DNA of 64,000 bases from Oculina patagonica (taxonomy: Eukaryota), in NCBI RefSeq assembly GCF_052425735.1, contig NC_135761.1, positions 12,400,001-12,464,000 on the forward strand. The letters run 5' to 3'. The notes under the pieces are model-generated. The model had not been told where the DNA came from and made no database searches. It was given only the letters and a program-made list of their open reading frames with translations. Shown here piece after piece: positions 1 through 10,700 of the stretch (positions are counted from its first letter, which is position 1; every line of letters begins with the position of its first letter). The position numbers and the translations under genes are program-made.

Positions 1-1
1 A

Positions 2-316
2 GTTAAAGTTGGGGACGTAGTTACAGTTTTTGAAGAGAACAAAAAGAGAGGAAAGTGGAAATTGGCAGTGGTAGAAAGTCTTATCACAGGTAGAGATAGT
101 GTTGTCAGAGGCGCAAACGTAAGAGTCATTGCCAAGGGAAAACCTGTGCGCATTTCCAGACCTGTTCAAAAGCTGTACCCCATAGAAGTCCAAAGTACCT
201 TTGAAGGGAGGAATCAAGTTAGGATTAGGCCGGTAAGGGAACACGCTAGGCGAAACCCGACAAGATCGGCTGCTTTAGATTCTAGATGGAAAACAAAACA
301 AATGCTTGACTCGTAG
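2..316 (+). CDS. C-terminal end of BEL/Pao LTR-retrotransposon polyprotein (post-integrase DUF5641-like region), 5' partial
   Basis: Open frame from base 2: VKVGDVVTVFEENKKRGKWKLAVVESLITGRDSVVRGANVRV...RPVQKLYPIEV. This matches the BEL/Pao motif GDxVxV..W.L..V..L..G.D..VR...V....RP..KL.P.E. Stop TAG at 314-316 is followed by a polypurine tract and an LTR. Confidence 0.9.
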   Translation, partial: VKVGDVVTVFEENKKRGKWKLAVVESLITGRDSVVRGANVRVIAKGKPVRISRPVQKLYPIEVQSTFEGRNQVRIRPVREHARRNPTRSAALDSRWKTKQMLDS

Positions 317-335
317 GCGAGTCAAGGGGGGAGAG

Positions 336-852
336 TGTCGGAAAATATTCCACGTATAATTGATTATTAATTTAGACCGTAACGCAATGCCACGAAATAT
401 TAACTATTATACTGATTATTATTAAACAAAAAGGTTGTAACTCGTAGATTTCGTGACATAATTTCGCAACAATGTAAACAAAGTCCGTAGTTTTATTACT
501 GTAAAAGAACTGATGTAATTGCACGCGTATAGCTAGCTAAATTAGGGAAGAGAACGTGCTATTGTGAAATAGGAATTAAATTTAGTAATATTACAATACT
601 TAGGCTTGGGATTTTACAGTACTCGTGATCGTGGGGAAATTACTAGTTTCGCAAGATATGCTATGAAAATTGTAGTAACGTATATTGTAAGGTCAGATCG
701 TGTTAGAATTGTTAACGTAAAGAACTACTGGAATGTTAGATTGTTGAATCGCTAGATTGTTGGATTGTACTTGAGAATAAATCTGTAACGAAGAAATACA
801 GTCCTCTTGATTGTTAACCAGCGACTGCGGGATTTACAAAGATTCCGCGACA
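336..852 (+). mobile_element. 3' LTR of BEL/Pao retrotransposon, inserted antisense in a KIF28 intron
   Basis: Polypurine tract AAGGGGGGAGAG (324-335) is immediately followed by TGTCG. The LTR ends CGACA at 852 (TG...CA inverted termini) and contains AATAAA at 776-781. Confidence 0.85.
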
Positions 853-1732
853 TCCATAGTGTCTAATTTGTTTTAGTTTTGGGATCTTCCCACATGGTTC
901 TGAAGTATAGGGTTACTTCATTTTAATGAGATTTAATGTGATCTCTTTTTAATGCAACCTTGCCTTTATTTCTTAATAAGTCAGTTTTTTAGAAAACAAT
1001 GTGTATGTGGTAGAAAATAAAGCATTAGCTGGAATGAGCCAGAATGAAGTAAGGGCAGGGCTAGGATGGATACTTGAGCTAATGTGAATCAACGGTCAGC
1101 CAGGCGACATACAGGGGCATAGCAAAACATGGAGTACAAGAATTCCTGGATTCATTATTTCCTCCTACATGTATGATGTATTTAACTGCAGCTGTACTAA
1201 GGTAAGTAAGTTAGTGAATGTAAGCAAGTGAATAATGTGAATAGACAAACTGAAAAAAGCAACAGGACAGAAGCTTTGTTTTGAATGTTTTTTTTTACTG
1301 CAGCTAAGCTGTGTTTGTGCAGGTTTTCATTGTTGGTTTTTTTTCTTTTGTCATAATAAAATTTTAGCAAACAGTGTATTGTACAATGTGTTGTTCCAGA
1401 AAATATCCATACCCCTCCCACGGAAGGCTTTTTTGTTTGAATCCCCCTGCCGCTCCATAAATTCCAGGTAAGTTCCATACTTTCCTTAAAAGTTTGGGCT
1501 TTTGAGATCCCCACCCCCTCTTGGAATTTCCAATGACCTTCCATGGGGTGGGTATGGATATTTACTAGAACTGCACAATAGGTTTAACAATAACAACTTC
1601 TGTAAATTAATAATGCAAATTTACAGAAGAGGAAAAATATTGCAAATTAGAAAATGATACTTATTGACCATTTTGTCAAAAAAGAAAAGGCTATATTAGT
1701 ATTCCCATACAAGAACAATGTATAGAACATAC

Positions 1733-4700
1733 TCATTTCTCTGCCACCAGTGTCCAGGGTGAGTCCTCCACCTTCAAACATTTTCTTTAGCTTTTCATTT
1801 TCTTCTCGTAACTCACGAATCAGTTTGTCCATTGGATTTTCATTAACCACTGCCTTGTTTTTGATCTTCTTTGCACGATCGGCATATCTGTTGAAACAAA
1901 ATGCAGTCTGAACAACTGGTACTAGTACATAAAAGAGAACTCTTTGGTCAGGAGAGCAATAAACACAAGCAATTTGCTTTGTCTACTGTATGTAGTGTTC
2001 ATTGTTTGGACTAAAATCTAACATTGCCTTATCTGTAAAATGGAACAGAAAATCAAATTGATTACAAAATCTACATTTTGGATTGACTGAATTAGGACCA
2101 CTACCAATGCCTGTAAGTTTCTAAAAAAATTTTCTAACATTTAACGATTCATCAAGTTAAATCAAAGGAAATCATAACCGTGACAGTGGTATTAAATCTG
2201 ATCTTAATTAGCACAATTTTTCAGGATTTAATTTAACCATTTTGTCCTTATTTTCAGTTGCAATTAAGAAGGTATTTAACACGAGAGACAGTGTTTCATC
2301 ATACTTCCAAACACCTCGAGTTTCGTCAAAAAGACTGCACTGCGTATTGTATGACAATGTTCAACCCTCTTTCTCTGCTTAGTGTTTGGAAATGCAATGA
2401 AACACAGCCTCTTGTGTTTGATGTATCACATAAATGTCATGCTTACGGCACCTCAACGTTCCCAGAGTTTCATCATAATTGATATCAGCTGGAGACAATG
2501 CAGCTATCATGATGGTCTTGCTGTTGCCGCCCAAAGCATTCTGAAGCAGTTTGGTGAGCACAGAGTCACGGTATGGTACCATAACCTTTTTTTTACCCAT
2601 AGACAGGTCAGCCAAGGCGGAGATCACGTTACCCAGTGCGGACAGGGATTTGTTGATGTTGGCGCCTTCCTTGAGTCTGTCTCCTGTGGCACCAGTGCTG
2701 TCTGCTCTTTCACTTCCTGGTAAATTTGTGACAAATAAATAAAAATGATTTATCGTGCTGCAGTTTTCTAATTAACAATTAGACTACGAGCCCAAGTTTA
2801 TAATGAGTGAATAGTCAACAAGGGGCAGCCAAGTTGACTATGGCTCATAGAAAACGAGGGCAAGTAGTCTTACTAATATTGTTTTTGTACAAAATGTAAA
2901 GAATTGTTGTTGTAGAATTGTGAGGCTTGAACCAAGACCACTTAATCTTGGAGTCTAGTGCACAAAACCATAGGTCAAAAAGCTGCCCAGTGGAGACCAA
3001 ACTGTACCCTCCCTGTCCCTGGGAGGTGCGGTGACCTAATGGTTAGTGCGTCGGACTCTGGATCTAGCATTCTGGGTTCAAGCCGTAGCCGGGGCACTGT
3101 GTTGTGTTCTTAGACAAGACACTATGCACTCGTAGTGCCTCTCTCCACCCAGGTGTATAAATGGGTACTGGCGAATTAAATACTGGGGGTACCTAACCCT
3201 GCGATGGACTAGCATCTCATCCAGGGAGGTGTAGAAATGTACTCCCAATGGCTTCATAATACGGATACCAGGATAAGCTCCAGCATGATGGGCCACTAGG
3301 CTTGTATGCAGACTTTACCTTACCTTCTCAAACACATTAATAATTCATGATTTGACAAGCCAATCAGGATACGCCAATTTGGTCAGGTACGTGTGGTTTG
3401 AAAACCCGATGAAGCACTGGACAGAGGCTTTTCCACGATAGTTTGATGAAATATCAAACTCTAGAGTTTGATAAAACGTCAAACCCTTGTGATGCAAGGT
3501 TATCCTAATTTAAATATTAATGACACAAACACCGACTGAATAGACAAGCTTCTGTTTCTCGGGTTAAGTAGAATCACTCTAAAATTTACGTTTATAGTGC
3601 TAGTGTAAGTCAGAAACATTCCTGAACATCTCGTAGGGATCGACCACCGTTCTTATTCCCAACCAAGTTTTTGGTGAACGAATTTTGTGAGCCAATATTT
3701 TAAAAATAGACCATCCAGGTCCTCCAACTTCTCTTCAAGACTTTGCACGCGGTGAACATCATAATCCTTAAACACACTTCCCGGGTCAAGTAAAGAAGCT
3801 TAAAGGGATTTTTGCTTGCGCACTGTCTGGCAAGTTTGATTCTCAAAACCTCAACGGCTCACTTGTCCACTATGCTTTGACTGTGCAAACAAGAAATTTT
3901 CTTGCACATTTTTGGGCGGCCGAAACCGGCGATATTCATCCTCAGCAAACCTGTCCAGGTTTCAAAACTAGCAGGACGCCACTGCATGCAAATTGTGGCG
4001 GCTTGAAGTAAACAAGCTTAGTTGTGAAAAACACGGATCTTACATAATCATCTCAAACTATGCGCTAATTAAACAAAAGATAGCAACAGTTCAATGTTTT
4101 CGTGAATAGTATCCTTTGTAGGCAATAAGGCCCCGATTGAAAACTGTACGCTAGTTAAACAAAAGAAATAAAAAATTAAGTTTTCGTGAATAATATATTT
4201 TGTTTGCAATTAGGTGCCGATTGAGAAGCCATTTCAAAAACTCATGCTTCGTGTTTCATCGGGGTTTCCAAACACTCGAAAACAATAAAAGCACTCGGCC
4301 TGCGGCCTCGTGCTTTCATCAGTTTTCTCGTGTTTGGAAACCCCGATGAAACACTCGCATTCGTTTTTGAAATATTACTTACCTTGCCCTCCCTGCCCAC
4401 TTTATAAGATATGAACAGCTTGTACACAAACCTGCCAAATCCACCAAGTTGATGTTACTACTCTTCTTTGTTTCCTGTCCTGTAGCATTCTTGCTGATCT
4501 GGTCAAACACAATTGTCACCACTGTGTGAGCCCTAGAGCTTGTCGCATTCATCTGCGTCGCAGCCACTGTTCGATTGGCTGTGCCTAAAATTTGAAATAA
4601 AATGAGTTTGTCAGTAATTGGTGCATTTACTTCTTCCCCTATCCTTCGAAACAGGATTTTGAGTCAGCATATCTCCATTCCAGTTATCACGCTGGGCAAG

Positions 4701-7700
4701 CTGCGGGAATTTTTGCTACCAAATCAATGCAATTCTGTAGGGGCTTTTAACACTTTGACACATTATGACCAACCACCATCTACAGGTCAGGAGAGGTAAG
4801 TTTGCAGTTTTATGCCTTGATACCTTCTCATCATTGAAAAGTGGAATCCTGACTCAAAATCCTGACTCAAGATCCTGACTTTAACCTTAGATTATTTCCT
4901 TAATGTCATGTATGTCATTGTGACATAAAGGCTAACTTGTCACCAAAAGATGAGCTTACCGTATTTTCTCGGTTATAAGGCGCACTCGGTTATAAGACGC
5001 ACCCTAAACTTGGCAACTTTGTCATGTCAAGTTTCCAAACTAAAAATTTTGCGAAAACACTCGGTTATAAGACGCACCATGAGTTTGGGAGTTAAAAAGA
5101 TGCAGTCATCGATTTAAGGACAGTTCTCCATACAGAATTTGAATGTTTGAATGTTGTTCGTACTCCTTGGCACAATTTTCGAGTAAAGAGGTGAGATTTC
5201 TTGCTGATATAAGACGTAAATTTGCTCGAGGTAAACATCTTTTCATCGTTCATGCTTCGAATTTGGCTGCTTAGTAACCTGGCAGATGTGTAGTTACCAG
5301 TGACCACTGAGTTTGTAGCTTGGTTACCAAGTACCCAAAGCATGCTTCGTCTCGCTTCGCACTTTGTTTATCGAGTGTTTTTCAAAGATTCTCAGGCCTT
5401 TTTTGGTGTTTTCCTTGTCTTCTAAAGTCATTTATCAACTTTCCACGATGAGAAAGGTTTGTTTAATATAAGTATGCTTGATTTTCTTTGTCTGTTTCAA
5501 CATAATGCTGACAAAAGCAGTTGTTACCAAAACTTGTCAACTCATCAATGCCGCGATAATAAACTTCACGTTAAAACTTGCTGTTTCTTGTTCTAGAAGT
5601 GTGAAATATTATAAAAGTGAATGACCAACACCAAGAGTTTTCTTTTTTCTTATTTTAACTGCAAGTTTCGGTAAAATGGCGGCCATACTTGATTTTGTTG
5701 GGCGAAAATACTCGGCTATAAGACGCACCCCAATTTTGGTAAAAAATTCCTTAGAAAAAACAGATTTTTCTTGAAAAAACCGTGCGCCTTATAACCGAGA
5801 AAATACGGTATATAAGGCCCTTCTGGAAAGGTAGAGCCACACGTGCTTCAAGCAGGGTGACCAGGTAGTCTTAGTAACCCTGGCAGCAGCAACAGCAAGG
5901 CACTGTCTCACTGAAGGAATCAGTGGAAATAACTTCTATCTATCTGACAATGTTAACGTTACACTCTTCATGACAGTCATGTACCTTCTTCAATTCGACT
6001 TTCGATGTCTGCATAACTGACCACTGCCACTCTCTTTAAGTTTTGAACAAAGAAATTCCCCTCCTTTGGGTTTTGACGAACCTGTGATGAGCAAAATTCA
6101 GCAAATATCAGTAATTTGTACTGTCTTGTTAGCTATGAAACTTGTTATTTTTTTGGGTCAAGGATCTGTCACGTCTTTTTTTGGTCTTTAATAAAAAAAA
6201 TATGCATATTTTTTTTAGTCTTATCTCCTAGTGAACTTTTCATTTCGGGTTTTCGTTGCGATCAGTGGATCAGAAAATATTCATTTGAACTTTTTTTCAG
6301 TGACGTGTGTTCCAGAGATATTTAAGTCTTGTATTTTTTGGGTTAGAAATTTTGATGCCAGGTATTTTTTTGGGTCTAAAATTTCAGGCTTGTGTATTTT
6401 TGGGGGTTTGCAATATGAAGCTCCGTCGGACCCCCCCCCCCCCCCTGTCATGTATATGTTGTGGTTTAATTTTCATCTTGGTTCATTTTTTTCAAACCAG
6501 TTTATTTTTTTCAAACCAGTTCAATTTTTTTAAACCAGTTCAATTTTTTCAGGTCTTAGCACTTGTTGACAGGATTTCAGTAAATTTCCATTAGGTATCC
6601 ACTTTGTTATTATGGCTAATATTTGTGGTGATGCTTCTGTTCCAAGACAGAGGCTCTAACAAGTACTATTAGGTTTTTACGGGTAATTATTATTGTTTTA
6701 CATTTTATTTTATTTTTAACTTCATGATTTACTCTTGAGTAACAAAACAGAAAGTCACTGCACATTAATCTAAAAGTAGTTAAGTTATTGCCATGATGTT
6801 TTCATAATAAACAAGCTGCAAGACTTAATTTGAATTGAGTCTTTTTTTTATCGTTGTCATTATTTAATTTTCACCAGTGCTGTACAAGCAGTGTCTGACA
6901 TTTGCAGAATTTAGAATGCCGAATTCCAAAGGCGGAAATATTACAGACTGTAGAATCGCTTTGCTTGCGGTTAGCTTCACCCCAGTTTGCTTGCGGTTAG
7001 CTTCACCCCAGTTTGCTTGCGGTTAGCTTCACCCCATTTTGCTTGCGGTTAGCTTCACCCCAGTTTGCTTGCGGTTAGCTTCATCCCAGTTTGCTTGCGG
7101 GTTAGCTTCATCCCAGTTTGCTTGCGGTTAGCTTCTGTTTGAGCTTAGGGGTATTTGTACATGCTTATCAGGGTTAGGCACTTGTTTAAGTGAGAAGGAT
7201 TAAGCACTCAGTTTAGTGATTAGGGTTAAGCACTCAGTTAATAAGTGATTAGGGTTAAGCATTCAGTTTGGACGGTTAGCTTTTATTTGAGGTTAGGGCA
7301 TTGCACAACAAAGTCACCTATGCTTTTTCACCCAGTCACTAATTAAAAACAACAGGTATTTAGAATTTGATATTTGAGTTTAACTTTATTCTAAGAAAAA
7401 TGCATTTAAATACCCTTTCTACATGCTGCAGAAAATGACAACACAGTAGTATATTCAAGTTTAATGTTCTGAGTGCTAGCTGTTCAAGGATATGAACTGG
7501 TGGGTGAAAAAAGTAATTACAATTTCTTCAATTTTTCCCAGAAGGAGATTTGAATGAAGGAACAATGTCTTGTCGACACGATCAACTTTAATAGAGATTA
7601 AGTCTCCAACTGAAGAAGTAGCGTTTGAATACTCTTTGTGTCTCTCCGGAAGTTTTAGCGCCTTAGGCTACACCATGATTTTAAAAGCTAATGAGCTGTT

Positions 7701-10700
7701 ATGTTCATGGCCCACTTATGTTCCTTGCTGCAATCGCATGAACAGTTACGAGAATCCATTAAATCAATCTTCAGGAGAGATAAAAGTTTCGGACATTGAA
7801 TAGGTTTATCAACAATCTTAACACAACTTGTGCTCCACTGCTGCTCCGCATGAAAAACTGTACGAACAGATGGACAAACATGGCTGTCACTTTCACGTTG
7901 ACTTCGGAATAGTTGTCATGTCTGTTTACAAGTAATTTCTCAACCACGATGAGCAGCTCGAAGGAGAAATAGCACTTCGTAAAAATCTCTTTTAGCCACC
8001 ACTTTACTTTTGTCTGCTGAAATAAGCCCACTTCTTACTTGTCATTGTCGAGATATCCCACTTTGATCGTTCGATCGCTGTCTTCTTTCGAGTGAATTCC
8101 AAGCTGCTTCACGGTCTGGTATTTCAGGTAAGCTTGGCTTTGCTAATGTTAAAGAACTTGTCTTCGATAAATAGCGTTATTGGCGGCGATTCTTTTTTTC
8201 ACTTGTTTCTCTTTCAATGCCGCTAATTCTTTACAAAATGTTTCTTTCGAAACACATATGGCACGGTTCAGCCATCTTTCGAATTTTTTTAAGTCTCATT
8301 TGCTGTGAAGTGCGCATGTACGCATATTTAGCGGAGCGAATGGGAGTCTGGGACCGAATAAGTTATAATAACAACAAATCTGGGTGAAATGTGCAACAAA
8401 TCCTTCGTGGTCAAGAGGTTAAAGGCGCAGTACTACAGAGCGAGAGTTGAGCGAGAGGTCAGTGGATCAGGACCAGGTAAGGTTAGAGAAAAAAAAAAAT
8501 ATCTGTGTATAGGGGGTAGTGGGGATAGCAAAAAAAGGGGGGAGGGTGTAGGGTATATCAGGGGGGAGGTGAAGGGGAGGAAGAGAGGGAGGTAGGGACT
8601 GGAAATTTCCCGTAATTTTTCCGTGTTTATTCTTTTCACCCTCCTAAAAATACCATGCCCCTATTTTTCACCACACCCCAAAAGATGAAAGCCCTTTTCA
8701 GACAGTTGATAAATAAACTGGTTTAAAAAAATTGAACTGGTTCAAAAAAAATAAACTGGTTTGAAAAAAAATGAACCACTGACAAAAATTAAACCACAAC
8801 ATATACTTTGAGTACCCCCCTGGGTCAATTCTACACAAAATAAAAGATAGTTTTAACTTACCTGTAGACCACCCTTGGGGTTATTCTTGACAAGAAGGTC
8901 ACGAACTTGTTCATTGTAAATCTCTAACATACTAAAGGACACTTGGTATTTCTGTGCAATGGAAAAACAAATCAAAATTAAAAGGCCTAGATGAAACTTC
9001 TCTCCATGGTACACACAATTTACAGTTTGTATAGAGTGCAATCGTCTAGGTAGGAGTAGTTCTGAAAAGAACTGTTGTTAGTGACTGACGTTTTGAAATT
9101 TGACAACCACAGCAGAAGTCGTCTTCAGAGTCAAGTAAAAAGTTGTTGTCAGTCAATGATGTTATAAAGTCTGGTCCGTTGAAGCTGATTGGTCAGTTCT
9201 GTCATGATGTTATTGTTAGTAAGCCTCGTGGGAAGATTGTCTTGAAACAGTAATTGGTCAGTTTCGATCCATCTAATTTGACCAACCAGACGAATTAAGC
9301 GGCTTGACTTTTTTCCCTTCGTTTCAGATTATGACAATGAATACAAGACAGTGAAAAATAAAAATAAAACTGGTTTGAAAAAGAGAGCAACTCTTTACAA
9401 CCAAAGGGCTTCAAATCATGCTTTTCTTTAATGCAATTTCTATAATGATTATCATAATAAACTATTTGGCATCAGGACCAAGTCACACTTGACTTGCACT
9501 TACGATATCTCCTGAACTATTGGTCATTGCTTTAAACAACTCGTCGCAAGTGATGGGAACAATTCCCCTAAAAACAAAAAATGTATTTTCTGATTGTTAA
9601 TGTGCAGTTCCAAAAATTGCCCATAACAACCTCATAAAAGGTCACTGGGGTCTCAAGGGGTCTCAAAGGCCAAATTTTTTAATTGACAGCATGAAACTTA
9701 ACTGGAATTTCCAGAGGGGTGGGACCATGAGGGTTTCAACCAAAAGACAATCAAGGTTATAAGCCTGTCTGGAGGATTGTTCTGTTCAGATTGTGGAAGA
9801 TGCTTAATCCTCACAGTGCTCCCTCTTTACCCAGGGATTTAACTGGGTACCAGCAAATTCTGGGGTTAACTGGGCGAAAATGCTGGGGGGAGGGACCTGC
9901 TAATAGACTTGCATCTTAATCAGAGTACTGCTTTTGTCATTCCTTTATTAACAGCTCAAAGCATGGTTATGTTCTAATACATTGACATGAAAAATGACAG
10001 CTATCAAACCAAATCAAGTTAGTTCCGACTACTTACTTGTTGTTTCCATATCCAACCATGGAATATGACTTGCCAGCCCCTGTCTGTCCATAGGCAAATA
10101 GTGAACAGTTGAAACCTGCGAGTAAAATATGAAGTAAATTATTAGAAACAAGTGAAAGTACAGTCAAACCCCTTTATTTATTTCCAGTCTGGAATGGGAT
10201 ATCAAATTATACATTTTGGACTAGGATAGTGTGTGGAAATGCATCTTTAGGTCTAAGAGGGATAGAGGTTCTAAGGTTGCAGCACAATAACTCTTCTTAC
10301 AACATTCTAGAGTAATTCCCTCCCTCCCTTACTGGGAAAGAAAGGCACCAAGCTGAGCTGCCATAAAATGCTGGTTATAAGCCCTGGGCTTATACAACTT
10401 TGTAAGGGGTTTTGGCTGGGATTATAACTGGGGGAGCCTATATCCAGAGGGGCTTATATGGTAAGCAGCATTAAAAAACTGATTGGAAATGAGCTGGAGT
10501 CTGATAGTACAATGTTTTGGGAGAACCTTGGCAAGTTTATATGGAAAAGTTAATAATAATAATAATAATAATTTAAAAATTTATATAGCGCTTTTTACAT
10601 GTGCTGATCAAAAGCGCTTTACAGTAATTTCATTAAAAACAATAAAAAGAATACATATACATAAAACAACTAGAACCTAAAGATAAAATGTGATAAAAAT

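Larger units (their letters stand above)
6457..8801 (-). mobile_element. Internally deleted Ginger2-like DNA transposon
   Basis: Termini TGTTGTGGTTTAATTTT...AAAATTAAACCACAACA with subterminal AAACCAGTT repeats at both ends and TATA on both flanks. A degenerate integrase-like frame lies on the minus strand (7565-8275). Confidence 0.7.
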
